A DNA stretch of 64,000 nt from Tricharina praecox (lineage: Eukaryota). The stretch's first letter is position 1, and every line of letters begins with the position of its first letter. The position numbers and the translations under genes were made by a program. The notes beneath the pieces were generated by a model. It was given only the letters and a program-made list of their open reading frames with translations. It made no database searches and had not been told where the DNA came from. The DNA lies in NCBI RefSeq assembly GCF_024521635.1, contig NW_026250434.1, positions 186,001 to 250,000 of the forward strand. Direction: 5' to 3'. Of the stretch, positions 1-13,884 are shown in pieces.

Positions 1-470
1 GTACGAGCCCATCGGCCACGCTTACTGCCACGTCGGCACGGTTGTCCCGAGGAATCGCAGGAAGTCTAGGAGGGGCGGCGATATGTGGTGGGAGGGTGGC
101 CGCGAGAAACATATCGACTTTTCGGATTCAAATGCTCGGTGACATGAGACTTAGCCGTTGAGACGGTTCGTTAATGCTGGAGAATCGTTGGTGGACGGGC
201 GAGATACAGGAATCCAAGATGGTGCCCCACATAATGGAGAGGTGGAGGAAGGAATGGTACAAGTGGGCATTTGGATGGGACTGGATTGGATTGGATGATG
301 GTATGTACGAGTGATGATCTAACGGCAACGGTTTTCTTTTTTTAACTTAATTCCCTTTTCCTTTCTCTACCTTTATAGCTATCATAGTAGTTTTGCTCAA
401 TTTCGTAGTACGGTACTTGTTACATTTCTTTAGGAGTATTTAGTGGTTGGTCTGTGGGGGTGTACGGGGC

Positions 471-504
<34 letters not shown>

Positions 505-1825
505 GGGAGGTGCGGGGTTTTCTCCTTTCCTTTGTTCTTCTTTTCCTTTTCTTTGCTTTTCGTCCGGGAAAGGTGTGCTTTGTATTTGGTTTTTTACGCT
601 GGGGCGATTGCGCTGGAGATTCGAGAGGCGCATGTATTCTACTTTTATATATTCTAATGGTGATCAGCGATTAATGTCTATTCAAATTCCTCTTTGTTCT
701 AAGTATTCCTTTTGAATGATAATTACTTCAATGCTATACGGTACTTCAACGGGCATCTGTCCGCAGAAAACGACCTCAACATTCGAGGTTCTGATCTTTT
801 TTTTTTGTAGACATACCTAGCAATAGTATGAAACTATGTTTCAGGGTCAATGCGGAGGGTGAAAGGGGAACGGAACTATGATGTATTGTGGGACCCTAAG
901 TAGGGCTGAGGACAATTCCCATCGCGATTGCCGACTCACTGTTGCCCCAGGGCCGCAGGGCGGGCTCGACCGCCCTGTCCTGTTCGGTTCATTCCGGTAG
1001 GTTCGAAGGTTCGAAGGCTCGAAGCGAGTGACAGGTTGAGATAACTATGATAGGTAGTGGCTGGCGCCACTATGTGGCGTGGCTGCGGAGTGGTATTCAC
1101 ACTGCACACTGCACTAGTATATAACCGGTAGTTGGTGCATCCTCTAATCGCGGATCTGACCTATGGTTGGGGACTCCTACAGTAGAGCCGATGGGGTCGA
1201 ACATTCGTAGAAAATCGAATTAATTACAAAAGGGTAAATATATGGCGATTTTTTAGTTTTTTTAGTAGAGAATGTGCATTTTAATTCCATTTTAGGCCTA
1301 TTTAATCCAAATCTCAGCCTAAAATCGTTCTTGGCTTACCTGATCGGGCTGTTCATGGGCCCAGAATGGGCAAGCACAGTGCAAACATGGGTAAATCGGG
1401 TGATAACAGGGGGGGGGGGAACGTTAGGTTGGCCTCCATACAAAACGATTTACTTTGTAAATTCTTCTTCTCCACAACCACGCTTCTTAAAACCAATCGG
1501 ACATTATTTGAATGACGGCCATGCGATTCTCTATCTATTAATCACGAGTTTTTGTTCAAAAGAAACGTTTTGGTGGAGGAGATAAGTGTCAAAGTTGGGG
1601 GTGTTTTTCCATCGGTTATGCACTAATAGGCGTCCCCAACCAAAATCGATCACTCGCACCCACGGACGCGCCACTGACTAAGCACACAAAGTTCAGAGCC
1701 TCCACAGAAGCGAACCGTACTCACGACGTGAACCTTCAACTCAATAACGCGTCTTCCCGCGGCCGCCATTCCGCCCATCGCACGCACACACCACCCCCCA
1801 CGCACACACACACATACAATATACT

Positions 1826-4800
1826 ATGGCATCGCCCACGTCGCTCGCCCCGGATACAGATGACGAACTGCAGCTGCTCGCAGACACCCTCGAGGTTGTG
1901 CCAAAGCCTAACGAGGTCGAGCCCGAGGGCCTGCGCCAGCTGCTCGATGACCGGATAGAGGAGCTGCGCCAACTGCTCGATACGCTAGGCAAGAACGATG
2001 CCAGTAGGAACAAACTCAAAGAAGGTTCGTGGGATGGAAAACACACAGCTTGGCTTTGAAGGGGGGGTTGCGAGCAGGGAGTTGTGGGGATGGGCGGGGG
2101 AGGTTCTTCTTTCGGAGGGGGGCAGTGCGCTGACGATTGGGTGGTGTTGTTGCGGCGGCAGGGAAGCTGAACATTGGCGGCGAGGATTTCCAGCTCAACG
2201 AGGCGTTCCAGCAGGAGGCGACACAGCTGTCGGACGATTTCAACATGGATGAGATTGCGGCGGCGAAGCTGTTGCAGCGCGGCGACCAGAAGCGCGAGGA
2301 GCTCGATCGGTCCGCGCTGCAGAGCGCGAAGTTCCTCTACCACACCCGGCGAAAGAATATCCTCCAGTCCATCCGGTTAATACTCTCGTATGTGGGCGAC
2401 GTCAATGTCGGGAGCTCAGACACACGACACATGCTCAATACCGCAACGGAAAAGCTGCTCGAGAGGAAGGATGGCCGCAGTTTTGCAGATAGGTGCATCT
2501 CGGCGATGGTGTCAGTTAGACAGGCGGTCCAGCAGCTGCGAGATAAGGAGAAGCACGCTCACACCCTCGGAATGGCGCCGGACCCCGGACTCAAGGAGGA
2601 TTTGGATCTTCAGCTGCGCTTCCTGCGGAATCAGCATGAGATGCTGGCTGTCATCCTTTACCACCTAGTCAAACTCAGGCGGACTGGCGTCTCCGAACTT
2701 AGGAGGCTGCTGGATACGATGAGGACACTCGACCGTTACGACGTCTTTACGGCGCATCACATACTTCCGCTATTTGCGTCCATCACATTCCTGTGCGCTA
2801 TGGAGTCACCTCTGAGCTTCGAGGAAACCATTCAACTGCACAAAGAGATCGCCAAGACGTACACTGAGAACCATTGGCCGTTGCGGTATTGCCAGGCTGG
2901 AATATACCTTTGGTGGCTGAGCGAATTCAATGGACTGTGCAATGATCCCCCGGCCGGCCATGCCCCAAGCAAGGCTTCGCTAGATTACTACCAGGACATA
3001 CAGAACCCGGCCAAGGTGGCCCTGACGGATGGCGGACTAGAGCTCGTAATGGGCCTGTCGGCAGACATCGCTCAGGAACAGCGCCTAAACTCGTCGAAAG
3101 AAGACTTGCATCGGTTCTTGCAGACGCGGGTACCGCCATTAGAAGACGTGGCGATGCTGCTGCCCGATTTCAGGGGTGCTCTCACAGGCCAATTCGAGCT
3201 GTTTATCGATAGTATCATCGCGAATCTGGCGAGCCTCTTGCAGACCATCAAGACCGCCGAAGAAGAGGACGATATCATGAACCTGCGCACTTACGATTAT
3301 GAGCTGGAAAGGTTCTTCTTGATCGTCCACTACACGTTCGACGGGCGGCCGGAGATGGGTATGACGTTCTGGGGTGATCCCGAGGGCAATCTGTTCGGGT
3401 TCCTCCGGTGGGCGGCAAAAAACCAGACGCCGTTCATGGTGGCGACATTCTGCTACATGCTGGCGTCGATCTCGTATGGTACTGAGTGTGCTGCAGCGGC
3501 GCATAAGTTTTTGATCGACGAGACAAATGTAGGAGCATTAAACCGGAACCGCCGTGGGGAGTCGTTGAATTGGACCTTCATCTTCAAGCATGTGAGAGTC
3601 TACCTGGCAGAGCTCGGGAAACGCCAACAAGCACTGGTTCCCAATCCAGCGTACCGCATGCCGCCGCCGCCGGTCGAATCAACTGAGCCTGCCCCGCACC
3701 TTAGTATGGAGCTGGATGGAATGTTGCGTCTGACCGGTCAACTCGCTGCGGATTGTCCCGAGGCGAGGCAATGGCTGCGTGGCAATACGGAATACAACAT
3801 CGTCAGCGGTCTGTTCGAACTACTCAATCTGCAAGCCTCCACACAGCTGTGGGACTCCATCTTCGCCGCGATCACCGCGCTTCTGACCGACAAGGACGAA
3901 GCTTTCCGGGACGAAGTGTGGAAGTGTCTCGATGATTGGGCTATGGGATCACCGGCACCTCCCTCCTCGTTGCAACTTGGTGCGAGCACGGCAGTCGCCA
4001 CCCCCTTTGCGCAAGGCGGATCCGAGAATCTCGACTTGGTGATCCGCGCAGTTCATCCTGCCGAAGCCTTCACTCGCCTGCTTGCGAAATTGGTAGAGCC
4101 ATACGAGGGAGCAGGCGAACTCAGAGATGCCGTTCCGTTCCCCGAGAATCTCGGGAGCAACAACCGGATGTCGGGAATGGTGCCGTACGTCGACTTCATC
4201 ATGCGGACCATATTCAACAACACCACCGTCCAAAACCTTCCGCGGGAATCGGCGGTCAACTCCGATAGAGTGGAAACCGTTTCGGAGAAGCTGCTTCGAG
4301 TACAGTATCGACGGTTCAGACCGGCACTCCAGCTTAGCTGCCTTCAGTTTATGTACGACTGTCTGGCTAGCTTCAACGATGATCTGCTGGACTTGGCCCA
4401 CAAGGGCTTTGTCGTTGACGGTGGCCTGCGTGCGTCCTCGCTACTTACGTATACGAAACTTCATCCCTTCGGACGCGTCATGGAACATATCTTGACGGAG
4501 AAGTGTCTGAATGTCTTGTTCGAGATTCTGCAGCTTGGTGTCGAGGACTTGTACGGAAATGTTGAACCATCGAATGCGGTTGTCGACACCATCTGGTACA
4601 CGATCCGAATCCTCGATTTAGCGATTCAGATGCAGCCTACGTATCTGCGTGTTGTACGGCCGTTCATCAAGCAGGATGAAGGGGCGAGGCGGGCAAACAT
4701 CATCGGTAATAGCTTCGAAAAGCTGGAAAAGGCAGTCCACTACCGGTTGGACACTATTGTCAACTTGGGGTTGTACGTTGGTGCAAGTCAGCACAACATT

Positions 4801-7137
4801 GTGCTGGATTCAATCAAATTACTGGAGAAGCTCACTATATCGCCCGAGTTCACGACTTCGACGGAGGCCAGTTATGGGCGGCCGTCATCCGTGAACAGGG
4901 CACTCGGCGCCGTGGAACAGAGCCCCGAATCGAAGAGGATCCTGTTCAACTTTATTCAGCAGTGGCAATTCCCGGATGAGAATCAACTCGAGAATTGGGG
5001 GTTCCCGCTCAAGATGCCAATTCTGAGGTTCTTGGATAACAGTCTGGCGGCTCAGCCGAATTCCTTTACTCTGGCCCATCTGGTACTGGGGTTCGGCCAC
5101 GACACTAAGGCGGGCGGCATCGAGTTGAGTATGGAACCCGGTGGTGTGGGATCGGGCGTATCGTTACTTCACCAGGTTCTCTATGCTGCGATGGAGGCAA
5201 AGGAGTGTGTCGACGAGAACGGGGCACTGACGTACATTCCGGCGTACTGTGAGCTCAAACATGCGTGCTTCTCGATACTTCAGCGGTTGTGGAGTGCACC
5301 GTCAACCTCCGGCGACGTCCTATACATCCTGCGGATGAACAAGTTCTTCCTCCAGGGCTTCTTGTCCGAATCAACCATCACTCCAGCCACCCTGTGGGGC
5401 ATCCATCCGAATAGGGTCGCGATCGAGCCCACCCCACAGTTTTTCGAACACGGCGCCTGTGCCTTTGCAGACTTTTTGGAGCGGCGGACAGCGTTGTTTA
5501 ATTATACGGCACTCGAAATCCGACAGCTGTCGCTACAAGGCGCATCCACAATGGTACAGCGATACCTCTCGACGCTACTGGGGACAACGATGTTAGAAAA
5601 CCAGAGAGTGTCCAATGTTCACATCCTGGACCTGCTGGACTTTTTGGAGTTTACGTTCCCGGAGCGGACAAAACAGCCCCAGGTGCAGTGGATCCGCGAT
5701 ATCAACTTGTCTGCCTTCGAAGAGGATGATGCCTCTGGAGCTCCGGTGTTCAACGTGGACAAGGTCGTCGAGTTCCTGCAAATCAAGAAGAATGAGCGGT
5801 TTAGATCCGCCGGCATTGTTATGGAATACGGCCAACACCAGCAGGTGGATGACGAGATCGAAGTCGTCCGCAGGCACCTGAATTGCGAGAACCTGCTGCG
5901 ACGGTGCAGGAGGGCGCGGATACGGTGTCTGGGGGCTTGGAGCACTCTGGTGATCATGATGCTGGAGGACTGCGACATGGAGCGGATGTCTAAAACGGGC
6001 TTTATCCTTCAGGCGCTGCAAGCCGTCCTGCCAAAACTGGAACTTTTCAGTGTTGACGATGTCGATGCGGCGCAAGTACTCAGCGAGCTCGCACATTCAT
6101 TGATTTCCCACCTTCCGTTCGACGCTACGACATTCGGTGTTGGCAGGGGCAGCGACCTGGCGAATGATCGGTTATACCAGCTTTTCCGGGTTTCTCTGCG
6201 TTCCATACAGTCGCCTTCCGCCACCGCGAAGCTGAGGGAGGACTTTTACAATATCGCTTTGCAGTACTTGAACGGCATGGCTGCGGTTTCGGGACAGAAC
6301 CCTGGTTCGCGGCGACACAGTACACAAACTGTCAAGGCGTCGGGAGACAAGCTGCTGGAAGTCGTGTGCAACGATGCATACTCAGGCGACGGAAGGTGTA
6401 AGGTTGTCTCGTTATTGCTGCTCGAGGCTCTGGCGGCGGTTGCGGCGGAAGAAGGCTCGTCGTTCGTCATCGAGACACTCGTGAAGCAGAATTTCTTGGT
6501 CGTGTTGGTTGATTCCATCAAGACCATCGCACAGGACGTGGAGTCGACCCGGACAGAAGGTATGTAACGTAACTGCGCACTTGCATGAAAAAAGTGGATG
6601 GGCTGACGGTAGACCAGATATCAAAGGGATCATGATTGCGTTCAAAGCTGCGACCGGCTTCCTCATACGGATATCGCAATCCCGGTCCGGCGCCGCGCAA
6701 GTGATCAACTCGGGCCTCTTCCAGGCGCTCCGCGAGTGCCGACTATTCTCGCTCGACCCGGACCTCGGCCTGCAACTCGAGCAGCCGCTGAACCTGCAGT
6801 GCTACTACGAGTTGCTGCTGGAGATCATGCGCGTGGTCGTGTCGTGCATCCTTTCCCGCGGTCCGCAGAATAGACAGGCTATCGACAGCGTAAAGCTGTT
6901 CCTCCTTGATAACCGCAACCTCGCCCTCACTATCTTTAAGCGCCATGCCGGCATCGGCGGCGCGAAGGGCCTCGAGGGTGCGGGAGACCTGAAGACACTC
7001 GTAGATATGTTTGTCTTGCTCTACTCGCTGACGGAGTTCATCGATGTGAGTTTTTGAGCACCCCCTTTCCGTCCCTGTCTGCGGACTTTCAGAGGGCTGA
7101 CGAGTGGGCGAAATAGGATGGCAGCGAGAATTATTAA
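1826..7137 (+). CDS. NUP192: Nuclear pore scaffold nucleoporin Nup192/Nup205 family (exons ~1826-2024, 2162-6559, 6618-7045, 7117-7137)
   Basis: 1476-aa alpha-solenoid-like ORF with family-like segments (LNEAFQQEATQLSDDFNMDEIAAAKLL, YELERFF, FPENLG, DAYSGDG). GT-AG introns with CTGAC branch sites join the upstream ATG at 1826 and the downstream exons. The last exon is tentative. Confidence 0.88.
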
Positions 7138-8438
7138 CGGATGGATGGATGGACGCATGGGTTGGGCTGGGTTGGGTCTGGTTGGGTTTAATGAGTATCA
7201 CGAAGCTGCAAGCTGCGGGTGCCAGGGGGGAGTGGACGTGGAAGCTGTTCGATATATGGGGGTTTCTCTTTTCTTCTTTTGTGTTTCTTTTGTATTTCTT
7301 TTGCAAGCATGGTCATTACCATTTTGTCAGCTTATCTTGTTCCACCACGTTTGTTTTTTGTTTTTGTTTTTGTTATGTGTGCGCGTTTATGGTGCAAATA
7401 TCAACTATGGTGAGGTTGGGTTGAAAAGTTTCGTTCTTATTGCGAGATTGATTGATTGGTTATTTGGGTACCTGGGTGGATGGGCATGAGCTGGTGTCAT
7501 TTGGGGGGACGGGAGAGTGGGGGGGGGGGGGGGGGGGGGTTGTAGGTTCGTTGGCGAGTGTGAGTGGAAGTGGAAACGGTGAGTGGAAGCGGTGAGCGAT
7601 GAGCGGTGAGCGATGAGCGGTGGATGGTGAATGGTGAGAAAGTGCCTGTTGGGCAGCATTGCCGGTATGGAGTGCATATTATTCTCGTGATACCTATTCT
7701 TTGGAATACTGGAGTCTGAATATTGGATGATCTTCAACTCCACTGTTGGTATGTACGGGTGGTCAGTTGTGACACGGTCAGTTGTGGCACGGTCAGTTGT
7801 GGCACGGTCACCTATAGTACGCTACGCTATCTACTCTAGTTGTAGCGGCCCGATAACCGAGTCGCCGTCCGACCCCAATCCCCAATCCCCAATCCCGACA
7901 CGGATGACGCCTTCCCCTAGGCCACACATGCACAGATCCGACTCCCGAGCCGAGCCGATCGATGTCCAAGCTCCGAGCACGCCAACGGCTCACCAGCCAG
8001 CCAGGTACCCGCATGGATGTCCCATGATTGCCCATGGCCGTTAAACGCCACCTGCATTCTGCCTACATACAAACCTACAAACTCTATCTCCGCAACTCCG
8101 TCACCCCGTGAACCCTGGGGGCTACCCGGACCCAGCAAGGTGTTCGAATATATTTTATTTCCGCAGTTGATGTGCGGGGCGGATAGGGAGGAGAAGGTAA
8201 GAGAAGGTGGGATATAAAGACGGAGAACCTAGGAGGGGGAGAGGGACGAAGAGGGAGTACTTAGAACCGACATTTCGCCCAAATTCTAAACCGCTTTTTC
8301 GCAGTATTCTGCCGTCTTCAAATAGCAGCAGCGGTCCGCCTGCTCCTCCTGAGTCCTCCTGAGTTCTCCACTTCATCCTGAGTCCTCCACTCCACTCATC
8401 CCCCGAAGACAATACAACAGAAGACCAGCCCAGCCACG

Positions 8439-9360
8439 ATGGACCCCCTCCCCTCATCCCCCCCCTCCCCCGCCAACCCCCCCAAACCCCCCTCCACATC
8501 CACCTCCCCCTCCCCCTCCCACCCAATCTCACCCTGCGCCCCCTGCCTGCACGCGCCCACAGTCCTCCACGACACGATCCTCCTCGACATCCTCCTTTAC
8601 CTCCCTACGTCCTCGCTCCTGCGCGCGCGCAGCGTAAGCCGTCACTGGCACACCCTGATCTCGACACGGCGGCACCTACGCTCGCGCTGCTTCCTGCTGC
8701 CGCCTACCGCGCCGCCTTTGCGGCCGCTGCAAGAGTGGACGCTCCATCCCGCGCTCAGGGGGGTGGAGTATTGGGGGTACTCTTTACACTGTTCTCACGG
8801 GGAGGGGGCGGGGGAGCGGGTCGAGTTGGGAGAGAGGGTATCCCTAAGGGGACGCAGGGTGGAGGGCGCGTGTGTAGCGGCGAATATGGCGAGTGCGCCC
8901 GCGGTGGAGAGGGTGGGGGTTTGGGTTGCGGGGTGCACTATGTGGGTGAGCTGTGAGATGGGAGTCACGGTGTGGATGCTGCTGGAGGGGTTCGATAAGT
9001 TGTTTGTCCCCCCCCTCTAACAAATGTGAAGATGGGATGCTGACACCAAACAGAATCCAGGAGAAACGGAAACCGACAGATGGCGGCCGAAGGTTCCTGT
9101 GGGACCACAAGACATATCCGTAAGCTCCCCGCTTCCCTCCGAGCACCTGCCTGCCTGCTCGCGCTCAGTACTGATGTGCTGTGGATAATAGTCTAGCGGG
9201 CTTCCGGATCCTCCCAGAACTGTGTGACGCCAGCGGTAGTGGCAGCATGGTCGTCACCCCGGAGTTTTTCGATACGCAGGCAATCATCGCGGAGCTCAGG
9301 GATGGCGGCTGGGTTAGGGAGAGTAGTCGTGTTCCGTTCTGTTTTGAGCTGCCCGAGTAG
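8439..9360 (+). CDS. F-box domain protein (about 2 introns)
   Basis: F-box-like motif ILLDILLYLPTSSLLRARSVSRHWHTLI. Splicing at ~9002-9053 and ~9120-9191 keeps the frame open to TAG at 9358-9360. Confidence 0.7.
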
Positions 9361-9753
9361 CGGTGGATGGATGTGTGTTGGGAGTTATGCGTGTAATTCT
9401 ATTAGTTGGGATGGTTGGGTTATTCTTTTTTGGCAAGTGCTGCTGGAAAGGTGGATAGACATGGTAACGAGAAATGTGCAGTTGATAACCTCAGCGGAGG
9501 TTGAGTCAATAGATGCTTATATTGAAGCTTGAGTCTCGGAATCACGCTAGTGAATCGATCGCCAGAAACATCAACTGAGCACATGTCAACCAATAAATCA
9601 TAACAAAGGCCCGCCATCAAGAAGAAAGATAGTCGATAGACACCGCCACTAAGAACAGCTTGATTAACACCCAAACGCCGACTCCGTAAGAGTAAATGCA
9701 TCGCACAGAAAGAAGAAGAAACATTAACCTCCGCCTGCTCCCAGCCCATCTAC

Positions 9754-10535
9754 CTACTGCAGCACGGCCTCACGCTCCAACACGCTCTCATCAAACTTGA
9801 TCAAAAACACCGTTTTCGCGGGAAACTGTTCGGAGGCGACACTATGGGCGGTGACCCTGCAGGGAAACAAGCTGCCGTCCAGCACCGCTTCGATGATGCC
9901 CGCGACGAACGCGGCACAGTTCAGCTGCGCCATCTCCTTCGGCACCGAGATGTAGCTGTTGACCGCGGGGTCGTGGTCGATCAGCATGTACTCGTCCTCG
10001 TTCTCGCGCGACTTCTCGAGGCCGTCCGCGGGCTTGCCGAAGAGGTGCCGGTACAGCGTTTGCGCAACGAACTGGAGGATGCCGAGGACCCTAGTCTCCC
10101 GCTTCGCCGAACGCCCCTCACGGTGAAGCAGCAGCTCGAGAAGTCGCTGCCCGATCGCGTAGCCTTGCGTGTTTAATCTGACCATCCCCCACCCGGGGCT
10201 TGTCAGCGGGGAAGCTAGTGGGCGGAACGGGGCGCGGGAGCTTACTTCTTCTCGAGGTCTTGGATGCCGGCCACCTGCTTCTGCGCGTACTGGATCATCT
10301 CGGCGAAGAGGAAGGCGAACGATGACTTTGATAGCTCCGAGCGCTGCGTGCGGTTGAGGTGGCGGTCGTAGATGGATTTCCGCGACGAGGCGAAGCGGAG
10401 GTTCGAGGAGCCCAGCTGCGTCGGCTTCTGCGAGACCGAGAGCGGTGTCGTCTGGGTCGGCATGCCGGATTGGATCGACGGATTCGGCGAGAACGGGACA
10501 AAGGGAGAGGCGGGCGGTTGTTGGAGGTTTGACAT
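9754..10535 (-). CDS. TRS31: TRAPP complex subunit Trs31/TRAPPC5 (intron 10178-10245)
   Basis: Motifs SIYDRHLNR, SSFAFLFAEMIQY, RLNTQGYAIGQRLLELL, LNCAAFVAGIIEAVL, TVFLIKF. GTAAG donor and CAG acceptor join the two ORFs. Confidence 0.93.
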
Positions 10536-10885
10536 GAGTCCGGAGGTGTTGGGGAGCTGTGCTTGTGCTCTTACCGCATCGGAGCACTTTTGTTGTGTGG
10601 AGGGACGGCGGATGGTGGGTCGATGGTTCCGGATGATTACCCGCCTCGTGGCGCTGCAAGACAACCAACCCTGCCCAACGTTTTTAACCCTGTTAGCTTT
10701 AGACCCACAGCGTCAAACAAGGCCACACCAAAGGAAGATCTCTAACACCAACGATCACGAGAAACCAGCCAACGCCACAGCACCCTAACCACAACAACTC
10801 CCAATCTTCAAACGGAATTGATCTGCCTACAACCAACACACCCGTCACTCACCGCCAGACCGTCTGCTTCCACTCCGACCAAATC

Positions 10886-13524
10886 ATGGGCGATCAGTTC
10901 ATTGGCCTCACCGTGTTCCTGACCATCCAGGGACCCGAGCCTCTTCAGTTGCGGGGCCTTGTCGCGGCTGTCGTGGATCAGCAACTTGCGTTGACCAATG
11001 GTCAGTGAACACCCTATATGCCCTAGATTGATATGTGTATATGTCCTGACGATTGGACACAGTTTTCTTCCCCAAAACCGGCCATGCGATGAATAACTAC
11101 CGCGTCAAGGGCGCCGACATCATAGATGTCGAAATCGTCGATGGTAACTTTGTCCCTCCTCGGCCTCAGCCTCAGCCACAGCACCTACCGCCGAAGCATG
11201 CCTATCCTCAAATGCGACCACAGCCACCTCCATTGCAGCAGCAGCAGCACCAATATCATGTGCCACCGCCGCCGCCGGCATACCACACCTTCGCACCCCC
11301 GGGCTTCATGAACGCGCCGCCGCCAGCCTTCCCAGGCTTCGCGCCTCCTCCTGCGCCGCCGTCTTTCGTGCAGCCGCCTCCTCCAGTGTCTGTGCATGTA
11401 TCAGCACCCACCGCCGCAAAGGCCGCACCGCCGCCATTCGAAGACCCTGCCATCGTCTCGATGTCCCGGAAGCCCAGCGTTATTCCATCTGCGTCCGCGC
11501 CTGAACCGCAACCGGGACCTCCGTCGCGACCGCAATTCGACGTGAAAACCCCGACTCGGACGCCGGTGCTCCCCGTTCCATCGGCAATATCGAGATCCGG
11601 CTCGCACGGTTCGCACGGCTCACGCAAGCAATTGTCGCAGGACATCAGCGTGCCGTTGAATACTGTCAATGTCGCCGGCATTCCCGCGGCGGCCAAGTCT
11701 TCGCTTCCTCGCGCTTCTGGTGCTCCCTTGGAGAAAAGGGCCGAGCCGAAGGCGGCGCCGACGCTGCAGCAGCAGTTCACGGATATGTCGTTGCGCAACT
11801 ATGCGGCGGAGTCGAGTGCGTTCGAGACAGACGACCCGGTTACGCCGTTTCCCCCAAAGCCCACTTACCCCTCGCAACGGCGCCCCGTCAGGAAGCTACC
11901 GCCGCGCAGGCAGATGCAGCAGAACGACCAGTTCATGCCTTCTTCTACGCAACAGCAGCCGCTGGAGGGATCGGTGGTGCTGCAGCCGGGGATGTTCGGG
12001 GGTGCCATTGCGGCGGCGGCGGGAGCGGGCTACGGTGCGCAAAAGAAGAAGAGCAAGCGGCGGCAACGCTACGAGAATGGCCACTACGCGCGCGACGAAG
12101 AGGGCTGGGCGACCGAGGACGTCACGGATTTCAAAGAGACGGAGTTCGATTTCCAGGGAAATCTGGACCGCTTCGATAAGAAGACAGTCTTTAGCCAGAT
12201 CAAAGCGGAGGATACTACGGCTGATGAGGCCCGCCTGGTCTCGTTCAATCGTCTGCCGAAAAGAGATAAGGCGGTTCCCGTGAGGAAGAATTACCGCAAT
12301 AATGAGAATGTTATCAATAGCTATCCGACTGGACAATCTCTGGCTGATAGGGACGGCTGGAAGTCGCCTGAGTTCGCTGCGGAACAGTCGGAAGATTCGG
12401 ATGACGACGAGGATGAGGATGATGAGGATGATGAGAACGACCGTAATTTCGGAGCTGTCGATAGCGGACGCAGCAGTCGTCGGGCCGTGTCACGTCAATC
12501 CGTCTCAAACCGCTTGAGTACTCGACAGATGAGCACGGCAGGGCGAGGATCCACGGACAATCTGCAAACCTTATCCAGCAGCGGCAGCGGCATCACGAGC
12601 AAGCCCGGCAAGCCCGCCTTCCGCCTCACACCCGGCAACCGTCCATGTCCCACCGTCAGTCCTTTGCAAATGCTCGACGTCGAGCGCATTGCCGAAGTCG
12701 AACTCGGCCTGACGGACGACATGATGACCGAGAACGCCGGGCGCGGCATCGCCCAAGTCGCAATCCAAGCATTCGGCAAGCGCATCTCAGCGTCCAACCA
12801 CAACGCCCTCCCCGTCGTCCTCGTCTTCGCAGGAAACAACAAATCTGGCGCCCGCGCCATCGCTGCCGGACGCCATCTCAAGAACCACCACGTCCGCGTG
12901 ATGGCGTGCGTCCTCGGCCTCGAGCGCGAAGACGAGCTCCTCGAGAATGTGCGCCGACAACTCAACATCTTCCGCAACGCGGGCGGCCGAGTCGCCAGCT
13001 GGCCCGAAATGCAGAGCAACCTCAAGGGCATCGATTCACCGCCGGAGCTAATCATCGACGGCCTTTTGGGTTGGCACCTCGGCTTCGAAGACCTCCGCAC
13101 GGACCACCGCGCCACCGCCTTCGAACTCGTCCAGTTCGCGAACAAGAGCAAGGCCTCGGTGCTGAGCGTTGACATTCCCAGCGGTGTCGACGGCAGCTCT
13201 GGTATAGTCTCCCCCGCAACCCACCCCGCCGCCGCTTTTACCCTCACAAGGATTAACACATACTCCGCAGGCGAGATTGCGCAGCTCGAGGACACGGACG
13301 CGTTCTACATGCGCGCCAAATGGGTCGTGTGCATGGGCGCGCCAAAGAGTGGCCTCCTCCACGCTATCGTTATGGGCATCGGCGCAGGTTGGAGCGTGTT
13401 TGTTGCCGATATTGGAATCTCGAATACCGCCTGGAGGAAGTATGGCACCCGCAGACGCCATGGCGTCGAGTTCTCTTCTGAGTGGGTCACGAAGGTCGCA
13501 CTGGCTAATGAGGCGCCTGAATGA
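10886..13524 (+). CDS. EDC3: Enhancer of mRNA decapping Edc3 (LSm, FDF, YjeF-N domains)
   Basis: N-terminal MGDQFIGLTV LSm-like start, FDF motif EFDFQGNLDRFDKKTVF, YjeF-N domain (ENAGRGIA, GNNKSGARAIAAGRHL, LSVDIPSG). Introns at ~11001-11061 and 13202-13270. Confidence 0.93.
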
Positions 13525-13884
13525 TGGGGAATATGCGGGTTTCTCATATCTCAATACTTTATTATTGGGTGATATCTGCATATGGCTTTACTCGATATCT
13601 TTAGCGACTTGTATTCTACCTTTGTCCCTTTTTTTATTTTTGTTATCGTTTTTTCTTTGGGCTATGGGTTTGTGGGGTGGGGGGCGCTTGGGATTGATTC
13701 ATTGTGGCTAAGCTTGCCGATGCTGATGGTTATGATTTGTTTCATGTACGATGTAAGATGTAACATAACTCAGTACTTTGTGGACCGAGAAGGTTGTTAA
13801 TGGCATCAGGATTGATCATGATATCATCATGTGTTATGGCTCGATCTCCCGTAGGTTAGCCATCATGGAGACGCCACTCCCGTG

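Noticed and set aside
1..160. Possible 3' end of a gene entering the window
   Set aside because: Several frames are open briefly and none has a recognisable motif, so it cannot be assigned.
430..715. ORFs with poly-V/L/C/T runs
   Set aside because: Translations of a (GTT)n microsatellite in probable 3' UTR sequence.
1183..1620. AT-rich patch upstream of NUP192 as a MITE
   Set aside because: Only a 7-bp inverted match (CCGATGG/CCATCGG) and no convincing TSD.
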